DNA from: an uncultured Verrucomicrobia subdivision 3 bacterium
GTDB lineage: Bacteria > Verrucomicrobiota > Verrucomicrobiia > Limisphaerales > UBA11358
Direction: 5' to 3'
DNA length: 64,000 nt
Assembly (NCBI GenBank): GCA_903878805.1
Contig: CAIRJF010000018.1
Location: 19,276-83,275 of the forward strand
In this document: positions 37,131-47,348 of the stretch, one piece after another
How the letters are laid out: every line of letters begins with the position of its first letter
How positions within the stretch are numbered: position 1 is the first letter of the stretch
The notes under the pieces: generated by a model
Told to the model about the DNA's origin: nothing
The model's database searches: none
Seen by the model: the letters and a program-made list of their open reading frames with translations, nothing else
Made by a program: the position numbers and the translations under genes

Positions 37131-38498
37131 TTATTTCTGCGGCACGGGAAATTTCTGCTGCATGGTCGCGAGGATTTGCAACCATGTCTGGCTGGTATTG
37201 CTTTTTGCGCCGGCCGCGATGCCCGTCGCATAGGCCGTGGCCGGCGATGTTCCCTGCACCACAAACGCCGAACTTCCGAGATAGACCACGCTCGCGCCCG
37301 GCAACGCGATGGCGATGAAGCTGCCGTAGTTGGAATACGACGCAAGCTGGTTGCCCTGCGTCGCCGCCACCGCGATGACGCCGGAATCCGCCGCCGGATA
37401 AGTCGGCGTGGCGACCGGCTGGTTGCCTGCCGCCGCAAAAATCACAATGCCCTTCGCCTCGGCCTGTTGAATCACGTCATTCAAAATCGCGCTCTCGCTC
37501 GTGCCGCCGAGACTCATGTTCAAAACAGTTGCGCCGCCGTTCACCGCCGCTTGCACACCCAGCGCCACATTCCAGGTCGTCGCCGTTTCGCTGTTGCCGT
37601 AAACATCCACCGGCAGGATTTGCGCGGACGTGCCGCCGCCCTGCGCCGCCATCGCGCGCAAAATCGTCTCGGCCATGCTCGTCGCGTGCGTCGGATCGGT
37701 GCTGCTCACGTTCGCGTCGCCGGCAATGGAAATTGGCTTGAGCAAAAATTTATCAAGGTCCGCACCAAGCGATTGCACCGGCGTGTCAATCAGGCCAACA
37801 ATAACTTTTCCCGAATCACCCGGCGGATTAAGCGTGAGCGAAACCGGTCCGGCTGGCGCATTGGCAATCCGCTGCGCCGCGACCGGTGGATCGAGGATGT
37901 AATTATATTCCACCGTCGCCACGTCGGAATTGGATTTTAATTGTCCCAGCGCGGCGTCCGCCGCCGCCGCATTATCAAACTGCAACCGGTAAATTCCCAA
38001 CTTGTCATCGCGTCCGATGACTTTTGCACCGAGCGCTTTCGCCAGCGCGTCAATGTCCGTGCCGGGCTTCATTTTCAAAATCAGTTCATTGGCGACGTGC
38101 TTAGCAATCCCGATTTTATTGGTCGCCGCCACGTTCACCCGCTGCGTGGCAGCGCGGATTGTCGTGGCAAAAACGTAAAGCTGATCCGCCTCGTTCGTCT
38201 TTGGCACATAAGCAAAATTCAAATCGCCGAGCAGTTTCTTCAATGCCGCGCCGGTCGCGAGATTGGAAAATTTCACATCCGCCTTTGCGTCAATGCCCGG
38301 TTCCACAAAAATATGCCAGCCGGTCTGGTGCGCGATGTCCGTGAGTAACGGCCAGAGCGCCTCGCCCCGGATGTCGGCGCTGACATTGTCGCCAGCCGTT
38401 TGCCAGACCAGAGAATTCGTTGCCGCGTTTGCGCGGGTGAAAACAACGCACCCAAACAGCAAAATAAACAGCAACCACTTTTTTGCGTGAGGCATCAT
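37131..38498 (-). CDS. secreted subtilisin-like serine peptidase (S8) with an N-terminal STN-like domain
   Basis: Signal peptide; an STN-like segment (ADIRGEALWPLLTDIAHQTGWHIFVEP...AALKKLLGDLNFAYVP); S8 triad regions VGLIDTPV (Asp), THATSMAETI (His), LNMSLGG (Asn), QGTSPATAYATGIAAG (Ser). Confidence 0.85.
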   Translation of the reverse strand: MMPHAKKWLLFILLFGCVVFTRANAATNSLVWQTAGDNVSADIRGEALWPLLTDIAHQTGWHIFVEPGIDAKADVKFSNLATGAALKKLLGDLNFAYVPKTNEADQLYVFATTIRAATQRVNVAATNKIGIAKHVANELILKMKPGTDIDALAKALGAKVIGRDDKLGIYRLQFDNAAAADAALGQLKSNSDVATVEYNYILDPPVAAQRIANAPAGPVSLTLNPPGDSGKVIVGLIDTPVQSLGADLDKFLLKPISIAGDANVSSTDPTHATSMAETILRAMAAQGGGTSAQILPVDVYGNSETATTWNVALGVQAAVNGGATVLNMSLGGTSESAILNDVIQQAEAKGIVIFAAAGNQPVATPTYPAADSGVIAVAATQGNQLASYSNYGSFIAIALPGASVVYLGSSAFVVQGTSPATAYATGIAAGAKSNTSQTWLQILATMQQKFPVPQK

Positions 38499-38541
38499 GA
38501 ATGACGTTTGGACGGTGCGACCACCGAAAGCGTTCAGAAAA

Positions 38542-39552
38542 TCATTTTTTCAAAACCGATTTTACCCAGTCCTGATTGTCCAGATACCAGCGAATTGTTT
38601 CGCGGATACCGTCCTCAAACTTGTGCGCGGGCGTCCAGCCAAGCTCGCGCTGAATCTTCGTCGCGTCAATCGCATATCGGCGGTCGTGGCCGGGACGGTC
38701 CTTCACAAACGAAATCAATTTGCGCGAACCGCCGCCGAGCTGCGGCGCGAACTCATCAATCGTATCGCAAATCAACTGCACGATGTGAATGTTCGCCCAC
38801 TCGTTGTGGCCGCCGATGTTGTAAGTCTCGCCAAGTTTTCCCTGATGCAAAACCGTCCACAACGCTTCTGCGTGGTCGCGAACATAAAGCCAGTCGCGCA
38901 CGTTCATGCCATCGCCATAAACGGGCACATTTTTGCGTGCGAGAATGCTTTGGATGACGACCGGAATCAGTTTTTCCGGAAACTGGAACGGGCCGTAGTT
39001 GTTGGAGCAATTCGTGATGACCGTCGGCAAGCCATAAGTGTGATGATATGCGCGCACCAAAAAATCCGACGAGGCCTTGCTCGAAGAATACGGCGAGTTC
39101 GGCGCGTAAGGCGTCGTTTCCGTGAACAATCCCGTCGCGCCGAGCGAGCCATAAACTTCGTCGGTCGAAACATGGTGAAATTTTTTGCCCTCAAATTTTC
39201 CATTCCAAAATCCGCGACAGGCTTCGAGCAGATTGAAGGTGCCGAGAATGTTTGTCGTGATGAAATCGCCCGGCCCGGTGATCGAGCGATCCACATGCGA
39301 TTCCGCCGCGAGGTGCATCACGTGCGTGATGGCGTTTTTTTCCACGACCGACAAAGTCGCCGTCTTGTCGCGCAAATCCACTTTTTCAAAAATGTATTTC
39401 GGATGCTTGGCCACGGTCGACAGATTTTCCAATCGTCCCGCGTAAGTCAGGCAATCGAGATTGACCAGCTTCGTGACGCGCGCGTCGTCAACGATGTGCT
39501 GGATCAAATTGGAGCCGATGAAACCCGCGCCGCCGGTGATAAGTAGGTTCAT
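38542..39552 (-). CDS. rfbB: dTDP-glucose 4,6-dehydratase
   Basis: [22 protein letters not shown] and the YSSSKASSD (YxxxK) motif; 336 aa. Confidence 0.93.
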   Translation of the reverse strand: MNLLITGGAGFIGSNLIQHIVDDARVTKLVNLDCLTYAGRLENLSTVAKHPKYIFEKVDLRDKTATLSVVEKNAITHVMHLAAESHVDRSITGPGDFITTNILGTFNLLEACRGFWNGKFEGKKFHHVSTDEVYGSLGATGLFTETTPYAPNSPYSSSKASSDFLVRAYHHTYGLPTVITNCSNNYGPFQFPEKLIPVVIQSILARKNVPVYGDGMNVRDWLYVRDHAEALWTVLHQGKLGETYNIGGHNEWANIHIVQLICDTIDEFAPQLGGGSRKLISFVKDRPGHDRRYAIDATKIQRELGWTPAHKFEDGIRETIRWYLDNQDWVKSVLKK

Positions 39553-39561
39553 GTTTGAAAT

Positions 39562-40509
39562 TTATTCCGGCTTCCAATTTTTCAGCGAGTCTTCCAGCGC
39601 TTCCTCGACGCCGCGGATTTTCACGCCCGCCGCTAGCAGTTTGGAAACGTCCATCACGCAATTCGAGCGCGGCGTCTTGGCGGCGACCTTGTAAAATTCC
39701 GCATCGTCCGCCCAGAATTCAAATTTGCGCGGCGGCTTGAGAAATTTCTCGATCTGCTCCACGACGTGACGCGTGGTGACGTAGCCGGGATTCGTCACGT
39801 TGTAGATGCCGAACGGAGCGCGCAGTTCCCAAGTGTCGAGACACGCCTTCACAAAATCGGCGCGGTGCGAAATGGAATTCACGTTCTCATAAACCTTCGA
39901 GTAACGCTGCACCTTGCTCAAATAATTCCGCTGGTTGTCGAATTCGTCGAACGGAATCCGCAGCCGCCAGACGTAACTTTGGCCAATGTTGGCAAGGGCT
40001 TCCTCGCCGAGCGCCTTCGTGCCGCTGTAAAAACTGCACGGCTGGTCGCGGAAGGAAAAATTCGGCGTGTCCGTCTCGTCGAAACCGAGAATCGCGGGCG
40101 ATTTTTTTTCCGCGAGCGCGTGCAATTCCGGCCGGTTCATGTTTTTTTCGACGCGCACTTTTCCGTGCTCCAAAATTTTTGCGCCGCTGAAAATGCAGCC
40201 GGAGGAAATGTGTCCCCACGGAATTCCCTCCGCCGCGCAGGCGTGCGCGAGGGTCTGCGGCAACAAAGTATTGCCGACGAGCGTGCCGGCCTTGTCGAGT
40301 TCGCAAGCGTCCACGTTCGGCTTGCCCGTATAGCCGGCGGCGTTGACGACGAACGACGGCTTTTTCGCGCGCAAAAATTCCAGCAGCACATCGAAGCGCG
40401 AGTAATCCACCTGCTGGCGCGCGAGCGGAATGAATTCTTTTTTGCGCCGCTGCAATTCCGTGGCGAATGCCTCGCCGATGTAGCCGGATGCACCAAGAAG
40501 TAAAATCAT
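39562..40509 (-). CDS. NRS/ER-like NAD(P)-dependent 4-keto-6-deoxyhexose 3,5-epimerase/4-reductase (rhamnose synthase C-domain type)
   Basis: Aligns block by block (from memory) with plant NRS/ER (UER1): VVNAAGYTGKPNVDACE vs VFNAAGLTGRPNVDWCE; SSGCIF; GFDETDTPNF; FYSGTKALGEE; LRIPF..DNQRNYLSKVQRYSKV; IYNVTNPG; PRSNCVMDVSKL. Confidence 0.8.
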   Translation of the reverse strand: MILLLGASGYIGEAFATELQRRKKEFIPLARQQVDYSRFDVLLEFLRAKKPSFVVNAAGYTGKPNVDACELDKAGTLVGNTLLPQTLAHACAAEGIPWGHISSGCIFSGAKILEHGKVRVEKNMNRPELHALAEKKSPAILGFDETDTPNFSFRDQPCSFYSGTKALGEEALANIGQSYVWRLRIPFDEFDNQRNYLSKVQRYSKVYENVNSISHRADFVKACLDTWELRAPFGIYNVTNPGYVTTRHVVEQIEKFLKPPRKFEFWADDAEFYKVAAKTPRSNCVMDVSKLLAAGVKIRGVEEALEDSLKNWKPE

Positions 40510-40511
40510 AA

Positions 40512-41393
40512 TTATTTTTGCAGACGTTTTGCCTCGGCCACGACTTCGTTTTCGAGATACGCGCGGTATTCGCAGTTCGGCATCGCGCCGACAATTTTTT
40601 CCAGTTGCGCGAGCGAAACGAAACCCTGACGGAATGCGGCTTCTTCGGGACAGCCGATTTTTATGCCGGCGCGTTTTTCAATTGTCTGCACATACGCGCT
40701 CGCCTCGTGCAGGCTGCTGCTGGTGCCGGCGTCCAGCCACGCGAACCCGCGCGCGAGCCGCTGCACGCGCAACGCGCCGCGCTTGAGATATTCGACGTTC
40801 ACTGCCGTGATCTCCAATTCGCCGCGCGCGGATGGTTTCAAATTTTTTGCAATCTCAATAACCTGATTGTCGCAGATGTAAAGTCCCGGCACGGCGTAAT
40901 TGCTCTTCGGTAACTTCGGTTTTTCCTCAATGGAAACGGCCTTGCCGTCGGCATCAAACTCGACGACGCCGTAGCGTTCCGGGTCGTTGACGTGATAGCC
41001 GTAAATCGTCTCGCCGCTCTTGAATTCCGCGAACGCCTTGTAAAACGAATCGCCGCCGTAAAAAATGTTGTCGCCGAGAATCAGCGTGACGTTGTCCTGG
41101 CCGATGAAACTTTCGGCGATGAGAAACGCCTGCGCGATGCCCGCCGGTTTGGCCTGCTCGCGATAATCAATCGTCACGCCAAAACGCGAGCCGTCGCCGA
41201 GCAGTTGCTGGAAGCGCGGCAAATCGTGCGGCGTGGAAATCAGGCACAATTCGCGAATACCGCCCTCGATGAGCGTCGTGAGCGGATAATAAACCATCGG
41301 CTTATCAAAAACCGGCTGGAGCTGTTTGCTCGCGACCAGCGTGAGCGGATACAGCCGCGAGCCGGCGCCGCCGGCGAGGATGATACCTTTCAT
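40512..41393 (-). CDS. rfbA: glucose-1-phosphate thymidylyltransferase
   Basis: MKGIILAGGAGSRLYPLT... full-length RmlA-type sequence. ATG at 41391-41393. Confidence 0.93.
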   Translation of the reverse strand: MKGIILAGGAGSRLYPLTLVASKQLQPVFDKPMVYYPLTTLIEGGIRELCLISTPHDLPRFQQLLGDGSRFGVTIDYREQAKPAGIAQAFLIAESFIGQDNVTLILGDNIFYGGDSFYKAFAEFKSGETIYGYHVNDPERYGVVEFDADGKAVSIEEKPKLPKSNYAVPGLYICDNQVIEIAKNLKPSARGELEITAVNVEYLKRGALRVQRLARGFAWLDAGTSSSLHEASAYVQTIEKRAGIKIGCPEEAAFRQGFVSLAQLEKIVGAMPNCEYRAYLENEVVAEAKRLQK

Positions 41394-41477
41394 GTGTGCG
41401 ATAGCGTAAAATTTGCCGGGGAATTTCGCCAACAAAAAAGCCGCGTTTTTCAACGCGGCCTTGAAAATAAAACACAA

Positions 41478-43994
41478 TCAGTTTGGAACCGCATCTTGCG
41501 CCGCCGGCTTTTGGTTGAAGAGCAATTTATCCTTGTCGGCGGTGACTTTGATCAAATCGCCTTCCACCAGCGCGCCTTTGAGAATTTCCTCGGCGAGCGG
41601 GTCTTCAAAGAAACGCTCGACCGCGCGGCGCATGGGACGCGCGCCGTATTGCGGATCGTAGCCTTTTTCCACAAGCAAATCCTTCGCCTTGTCGTCGAGT
41701 TCGAGCTTGAGATTTTTCTTCCGGAGCCGTTCCAAAACTTTTTCCACTTCCAGACTCAAAATCGCAATGAGATCGGGCTTCGTGAACGAGCGGAACACGA
41801 TCAAATCATCGAGCCGGTTCAAAAATTCCGGGCGGAACGTTTTCTTCGCTTCTTCCAAAACGCGTTCGCGCGCTTTTTCGTAAGTCGCTTCATCCGTGAT
41901 CGGCGCGAAGCCGAGCGTGGACGATTTGCGAATCGTGTCCGAGCCGACATTTGAAGTCATCAGGATGATCGTGTTGCGGAAATTGATGATGCGACCCATG
42001 CTGTCGGTCAATTTTCCTTCTTCCAAAATCTGCAACAGCATATTCCAAACGTCGGGATGCGCCTTTTCGATTTCGTCGAACAGCACGACGGAATACGGAT
42101 TGCGCCGCACTTTTTCCGTGAGCTGACCGCCTTCTTCGTAACCAACGTAACCGGGCGGCGAACCGACGAGGCGCGACACGTTGAATTTTTCCATGTATTC
42201 GCTCATGTCCAATTGGATGAGCGATTTCGTGTCGCCGAACATCTGTTCCGCGAGAGTTTTGGCGAGCAAAGTTTTTCCAACACCCGTCGGGCCGAGCAAC
42301 AGAAAAGTTCCAATCGGACGGCGCGGGTCTTTCAAATCCGCGCGCGAACGCTTCAGCGCCTTGCACAACGCGGACACTGCCTCGCGCTGGCCGACGACAA
42401 CTTTTTCCATCTCGGTCTCGACCGTGAGCAGGCGCGCCATTTCATCCTGACCCATGCGCTTGAGCGGAATGCCCGTCCACTTCGCGACGACGTGCAAAAT
42501 TTCTTCCTCGCCGACGACGACGCGTTTTTCATCGCCCTTCGCGCGCCATTCTTTCAGTAAGGTTTCGAGCTTGTCCTTCGCCTGTTTTTCCTGATCGCGC
42601 ATCTTCGCCGCGCCCTCGAAATCCTGATTTTTAATCGAGCTTTCCTTTTTGCCCTTAATGACTTCGATCTCGGCTTCCTGCGCCTTGATTTCCGGCGGAC
42701 GCGTCATCGTCGCGATACGCGCGCGCGAACCAGCCTCGTCCAAGACGTCAATCGCCTTGTCCGGCAAAAATCGGTCGGTGATGTAGCGATCAGACAGCTT
42801 GACGGAAGCTGCCACAGCATCGTCCGTGAATTCGGCCTTGTGATGCTCCTCGTATTTGTGGCGCAAGCCTTTCAAAATCGCGATTGCGTCCTCAATCGAA
42901 GGTGCCTCGACTTTCACCGATTGGAAACGACGTTCCAGCGCGGCATCTTTCTCGATGTATTTGCGATACTCGTTCAACGTCGTCGCGCCCACGCATTGCA
43001 TCTCGCCGCGCGAGAGCGCCGGCTTGATGATGTTGCTCGCATCCATCGTGCCTTCTGCCGAACCCGCGCCGACAATCGTGTGCAATTCGTCAATGAACAA
43101 AATAATGTTTTTCGCGCGGCGGATTTCGTCCATGACCGCTTTGATGCGCTCTTCAAATTGTCCGCGATATTTTGTGCCCGCAACCATCAATGCCAAATCC
43201 AAAGTGATGACACGCTTGTGCAATAAAATTTCCGGCACGTTGCCTTTGACGATTTCCTGCGCCAGACCTTCAACGATGGCCGTTTTGCCAACGCCCGCTT
43301 CGCCCAAGAGAACCGGATTATTTTTCGTGCGGCGGCAAAGAATCTGGATGACGCGCTCGATTTCGCTCGCGCGACCGATGACCGGATCCATGTCGCCTTT
43401 GCGCGCAATTTCCGTGAGGTCGCGGCCAAAAGCTTTTAGCGCGGGCGTTTTGACTTCGCCTTTTTTCTCGCCCGCAGTTCCGGGAGTTGGTTTTTCCGCA
43501 ACCGGTTCGCCCGGCTGCGCCTCTTCGCCCGGCGGCGCGGCAAAATTCGGGTCAAGCTCCTTCAAGACGCGTTGCCGCGCTTCTTCGATGTCCACATCCA
43601 GCGCGCGCAACACTTTCGCCGCCACACCGTCGCCTTCGCGCAACAGGCCGAGCAGCAGATGTTCCGTCCCGACGTAAGTATGGTTGAGATTTTTCGCTTC
43701 CTTCTGCGCGAGCGCGATGACTTTTTTCACGCGCGGCGTGTAAGGGATGTTGCCGATCATTTTTTGGTCGGGGCCGCTGCCGACCTGCTTCTCCACTTCA
43801 ATACGCACGCTGTCGAGGTCAATGCCCATGCTTTGCAGCACGTTGACGGCAACGCCCTGCCCCAACTTGATCAGGCCGAGCAGCAGATGCTCGGTGCCGA
43901 GAAAATTGTGGTTCAGTCGGTTGGCTTCCTTGCGCGCGAGCGCGAGCACCTGCTGCGCGCGCGGCGTAAAATTACTCATGGCTTCATCGCTCAT
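41478..43994 (-). CDS. clpC: ATP-dependent Clp protease ATP-binding subunit ClpC
   Basis: Duplicated Clp N-domain, two AAA+ modules (GEAGVGKT; GPTGVGKT) and a UVR-type linker ([15 protein letters not shown]); 838 aa. Confidence 0.92.
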   Translation of the reverse strand: MSDEAMSNFTPRAQQVLALARKEANRLNHNFLGTEHLLLGLIKLGQGVAVNVLQSMGIDLDSVRIEVEKQVGSGPDQKMIGNIPYTPRVKKVIALAQKEAKNLNHTYVGTEHLLLGLLREGDGVAAKVLRALDVDIEEARQRVLKELDPNFAAPPGEEAQPGEPVAEKPTPGTAGEKKGEVKTPALKAFGRDLTEIARKGDMDPVIGRASEIERVIQILCRRTKNNPVLLGEAGVGKTAIVEGLAQEIVKGNVPEILLHKRVITLDLALMVAGTKYRGQFEERIKAVMDEIRRAKNIILFIDELHTIVGAGSAEGTMDASNIIKPALSRGEMQCVGATTLNEYRKYIEKDAALERRFQSVKVEAPSIEDAIAILKGLRHKYEEHHKAEFTDDAVAASVKLSDRYITDRFLPDKAIDVLDEAGSRARIATMTRPPEIKAQEAEIEVIKGKKESSIKNQDFEGAAKMRDQEKQAKDKLETLLKEWRAKGDEKRVVVGEEEILHVVAKWTGIPLKRMGQDEMARLLTVETEMEKVVVGQREAVSALCKALKRSRADLKDPRRPIGTFLLLGPTGVGKTLLAKTLAEQMFGDTKSLIQLDMSEYMEKFNVSRLVGSPPGYVGYEEGGQLTEKVRRNPYSVVLFDEIEKAHPDVWNMLLQILEEGKLTDSMGRIINFRNTIILMTSNVGSDTIRKSSTLGFAPITDEATYEKARERVLEEAKKTFRPEFLNRLDDLIVFRSFTKPDLIAILSLEVEKVLERLRKKNLKLELDDKAKDLLVEKGYDPQYGARPMRRAVERFFEDPLAEEILKGALVEGDLIKVTADKDKLLFNQKPAAQDAVPN

Positions 43995-44065
43995 ATTGTC
44001 CTTATTTTGCTACGAGTCGGCTGATTTGTCCAATGACAACCGGAAAAAATCTGCCGCCAGTCAAA

Positions 44066-44470
44066 TTATTTCAGCAACGGCGAATCCGCCGGCCGTTCGA
44101 CCAGATGCAATAAATTCCCCTCACCATCCGCAAAAAACAAAACTTTGCCGCCACCCGCCGCCAGCCGGACTTCCTCGGTAAATTTTACGCCGCGCGATTC
44201 CAATTCCGACTTCGCCGCGTCCAACGACGGCACGCGTAACGCGATGTGCCGGAAACCCTGCAGTTTATTATTGCCACGTTCAGCCAGCAGCGAATCGGCC
44301 TGATAAATTTCAAACCAGACTGCGCCCAGCGCAATCAAGCACGTCGGCGGCATCTGGCCATTGTTGAAAACCTCACGCGCACCCAGGACGTGTTCATACC
44401 AGTTTTTCAACGCCACGGGATTTTGGGCGGGAATGGCGATGTGTTCAACTGCGATATTCATGGACTTCAA
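44066..44470 (-). CDS. VOC (glyoxalase/bleomycin resistance/dioxygenase) family protein
   Basis: 134 aa with VEHIAIPAQN... and GFRHIALRVPSLDAAKSELESRGVKF, typical of VOC-fold halves. Confidence 0.8.
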   Translation of the reverse strand: MKSMNIAVEHIAIPAQNPVALKNWYEHVLGAREVFNNGQMPPTCLIALGAVWFEIYQADSLLAERGNNKLQGFRHIALRVPSLDAAKSELESRGVKFTEEVRLAAGGGKVLFFADGEGNLLHLVERPADSPLLK

Positions 44471-44526
44471 TTATCTCATCACAAGCGCAACGGCAATGCT
44501 GAATCCTCATAATGATTATTTGTGGC

Positions 44527-44557
44527 AAAAAAAAAAGCCCGCTCTTTCGAGCGGGCT
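44527..44557 (-). terminator. Rho-independent terminator after rplQ
   Basis: Minus strand reads agcccgctc-gaaa-gagcgggct followed by a T-run (complement of the A-run at 44527-44536). Confidence 0.8.
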
Positions 44558-44576
44558 TTGTGTTTCTTAAAGTGAT

Positions 44577-44993
44577 TTACTTCTTCGCTTCCGGCTTGGC
44601 TTCCGTGGCGGGAGCTTCGGGCGCGGGCGTGGCGGCGATGGTGTCAACCCATTCCAAAATCGCGCTCTGCGAGGCGTCACCGTTACGCTGGCCGAGCTTG
44701 ATGATGCGGGTGTAACCGCTGCGGCGATCTTTGAACGCCGGCGCGATTTCCGTGAACAACGTCTTCGCGGCCTTTTCCTGATGGAGACGGGCGACGGCGA
44801 GGCGGCGATGTTGAATCGTGCCCTTCTTGCCCAGCGTGACCATCTTTTCCGCAACGGAACGGGCGGCTTTGGCCTTGGCCAAAGAGGTCGTGACGCGCTT
44901 GTGTTCGATCAAGCTGCAAACGAGGTTGGCGAGCATCGCGTTGCGATGTTCCGAGGTGCGGCCCAGTTTGGCCGTGCGCTTCAAATGTCTCAT
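44577..44993 (-). CDS. rplQ: 50S ribosomal protein L17
   Basis: MRHLKRTAKLGRTSEHRNAMLANL... a canonical L17 with an Ala/Pro/Glu/Lys-rich C-terminal tail; follows rpoA. Confidence 0.95.
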   Translation of the reverse strand: MRHLKRTAKLGRTSEHRNAMLANLVCSLIEHKRVTTSLAKAKAARSVAEKMVTLGKKGTIQHRRLAVARLHQEKAAKTLFTEIAPAFKDRRSGYTRIIKLGQRNGDASQSAILEWVDTIAATPAPEAPATEAKPEAKK

Positions 44994-45002
44994 GGCAAAT
45001 CC

Positions 45003-46019
45003 TTATTCGGTTTTCGCGGCTTCTTCCTTCGGTGCATCCACCAGACCGGGCTCAAAATTCATGCCGAGCGAGAGGTTGAGGGAAACCAGTTTATCTTTAA
45101 TTTCGTTGAGCGATTTCTTGCCGAAGTTGCGATACTTGAGCATCTCCTGTTCGGACTTCAGCGCGAGCTGGCCGACGGTGGTGATGTTCGCGTTGTTCAG
45201 GCAGTTCGCGGCGCGGACGCTCAATTCGATTTCGTTGACGCTCATGTTCAACAATTTCTTGAGCTTGGACTTCTCGTCGTCTTGCTTGTCAGCCGCTTCT
45301 TCAAATTCAACCGCGTTCTTGTCGTAACCGACGAACACGTCAAGGTGATGCGCGAGAATGGCCGAAGCCTGCGTCAGCGCGTCATCGGGGGTGATGCGAC
45401 CGTCGGTCCAGATTTCGAGAACCAAACGATCGTAGTCCGTGCGGTTACCGACGCGCGCGGCTTCGACAGCGTAACGCACACGGGTCACCGGGGAGAAAAT
45501 AGAATCAATGGCCACGATGCCAATAGCTTGGCCGGGCTTCTTGTTTTCGTCGCTCGGGCAGAAACCGCGGCCAACTTTGACCGTCAATTCCATCTCAAAT
45601 TTTTTCTTCTTGTCCAGCGTGCAGATATGCGCCGTGGGATTCACGAGCTCAATATTCTGATTGGTCTGGATGTCGGCAGCGGTCACCGCACCGTCTTTGT
45701 TGACGGAAAGCAACAGCACCTGCTCGTCGCGGGTGTGGGCTTTGAATTTGACCTTCTTCAAATTCAAAACGATGTCGGTCACGTCTTCAGCGACGCCTTC
45801 GATCGTGGCAAATTCATGCTGCGCACCGTCCACCTTCACGGAGGTAATGGCTGCGCCTTCGAGCGAGGAGAGCAACACGCGGCGAAGCGAGTTGCCGATG
45901 GTGTGGCCGTAACCGGTTTCAAACGGGTCGGCGACAAACTTGGCGTAGGTTTCGGTGGCAGAGGCTTCATCCTTCTGCAACCGCTTGGGCATTTCGAAAC
46001 GTCCTAAACGAACTGGCAT
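45003..46019 (-). CDS. rpoA: DNA-directed RNA polymerase subunit alpha
   Basis: Full-length alpha subunit (NTD GHTIGNSLRRVLLSS; CTD ELSVRAANCLNNANI). Confidence 0.96.
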   Translation of the reverse strand: MPVRLGRFEMPKRLQKDEASATETYAKFVADPFETGYGHTIGNSLRRVLLSSLEGAAITSVKVDGAQHEFATIEGVAEDVTDIVLNLKKVKFKAHTRDEQVLLLSVNKDGAVTAADIQTNQNIELVNPTAHICTLDKKKKFEMELTVKVGRGFCPSDENKKPGQAIGIVAIDSIFSPVTRVRYAVEAARVGNRTDYDRLVLEIWTDGRITPDDALTQASAILAHHLDVFVGYDKNAVEFEEAADKQDDEKSKLKKLLNMSVNEIELSVRAANCLNNANITTVGQLALKSEQEMLKYRNFGKKSLNEIKDKLVSLNLSLGMNFEPGLVDAPKEEAAKTE

Positions 46020-46108
46020 ATTTTCCTTTCGACAATTTTAATCTGGCGAGTCCGGCTAAATTTATTCCCGGCCGGAATCGCCCGTGTAATTGTCTTTTTG
46101 TTTACTGG

Positions 46109-46717
46109 TTAGCGGGAATAAAATTCGACGACGGCCTGCTCGTTGGCAATCGGTTGGATTTCGTCGCGGGTCGGGATGCGCATGACCGTGCCCTTGAACG
46201 CTTCCTTGTCCAACGACAACCAATCCGGCACCGCGCGGCTCGCGGAAACTTCAAGACCCTTCGTCGCGAGCTGGCGCGACACGTTGTGGTTCTTCACCAC
46301 GATGACATCGTTCACTTTGAGTGCGAAGGACGCGATGGCCGCCTTGCGACCGTTGACCGTGATATGGCCGTGATTGACCATCTGGCGCGCAGCAGCGCGC
46401 GTGTTGCCGAAACCGAGGTGGAACACAACATTGTCCAAGCGGGTTTCGAGAATTTGCAACATCGTTTCGCCCGTGATGCCACGGCGATTTTTCGCCTTTT
46501 CATACACGCCGCGAAACTGCTTCTCCATCAGGCCGTAGTAATAACGAAGCTTCTGCTTCTCATTCAGACCTTCACCGTATTCGGTGGTCTTGCGGCGCGA
46601 CTTCGGGCCGTGGACGCCGGGACCGTAGTTGCGGCGTTCAAGATATTTCGTCGGGCCGAAAATCGGAATACCGAAACGGCGGCTGATGCGGACGCGGGGA
46701 CCTGTATAACGAGCCAT
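46109..46717 (-). CDS. rpsD: 30S ribosomal protein S4
   Basis: MARYTGPRVRISRRFG... a canonical S4. Confidence 0.96.
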   Translation of the reverse strand: MARYTGPRVRISRRFGIPIFGPTKYLERRNYGPGVHGPKSRRKTTEYGEGLNEKQKLRYYYGLMEKQFRGVYEKAKNRRGITGETMLQILETRLDNVVFHLGFGNTRAAARQMVNHGHITVNGRKAAIASFALKVNDVIVVKNHNVSRQLATKGLEVSASRAVPDWLSLDKEAFKGTVMRIPTRDEIQPIANEQAVVEFYSR

Positions 46718-46751
46718 AAAAATTTATAGTTTGCGAATTGCGATTGAAAAA

Positions 46752-47333
46752 TTACACGCGGCGTTTCTTGCGCGGGCGGCAGCCGTTGTGCGGAACCGGC
46801 GTCACGTCCTTGATCGTGGAAATTTCCAAGCCGATGGCTTGCAGCGCGCGAATTGCGGATTCACGACCAGATCCAGGACCCTTCACACGAATTTCAACTT
46901 CCTTCATACCGTGCGCCATAGCTTGGCGAGCGGCGTCCTGCGCGACCATTTGCGCGGCGTAAGCCGAGCTTTTGCGCGAACCTTTGAAACCAACACGACC
47001 GGCGGCAGACCAACCGATGAGGTTGCCCTGCATGTCGGTGATGGTGACCTGGGTGTTATTGAACGTGGCCAAAATGTTTGCAATGCCGGTGGAAATGTTC
47101 TTCGCGTGTTTGGCCTTGACGACCTTCTTCGCGTTGGGATCTTCACCGAGCAAATCGGCGGCGGTCGGAACAGCAATCGCGACCGGTTCAGCGGGCGCAG
47201 CCGCAACTTCAGCGGCGGGCGTGGCTTTCTTTTTGGCCGGCTTTGCTTCCGGCGCGGTGGCGTCGGCAGCAGCAACAGGCTTCACTTCTTTTTCCTTCTT
47301 CGGCGCGGCTGGTTTTTTCTTTTCTTCGGACAT
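46752..47333 (-). CDS. rpsK: 30S ribosomal protein S11 with a ~65-aa low-complexity N-terminal extension
   Basis: The core ([15 protein letters not shown]...[13 protein letters not shown]...[17 protein letters not shown]) is a canonical S11. It is preceded by a Lys/Ala/Pro/Glu-rich extension. Confidence 0.93.
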   Translation of the reverse strand: MSEEKKKPAAPKKEKEVKPVAAADATAPEAKPAKKKATPAAEVAAAPAEPVAIAVPTAADLLGEDPNAKKVVKAKHAKNISTGIANILATFNNTQVTITDMQGNLIGWSAAGRVGFKGSRKSSAYAAQMVAQDAARQAMAHGMKEVEIRVKGPGSGRESAIRALQAIGLEISTIKDVTPVPHNGCRPRKKRRV

Positions 47334-47348
47334 ATCGAAATTTAGTTA

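Noticed and set aside
38497-39546. 349-aa plus-strand ORF, and similar ORFs opposite other genes (for example 28756-29724, 35232-36059, 40992-41954, 50009-50881, 56312-57403)
   Set aside because: Each is antisense to a gene with a clear family identity (rfbB, the 590-aa ORF, the SH3 protein/rluB, rfbA, rplO/rpsE, rplB). Their composition is typical of GC-rich shadow frames.
44781-46007. 408-aa plus-strand ORF
   Set aside because: It lies entirely antisense to rpoA, which is unambiguous. The sequence is Arg/Gly/Val-rich with no motifs, as expected for a shadow ORF in GC-rich DNA.
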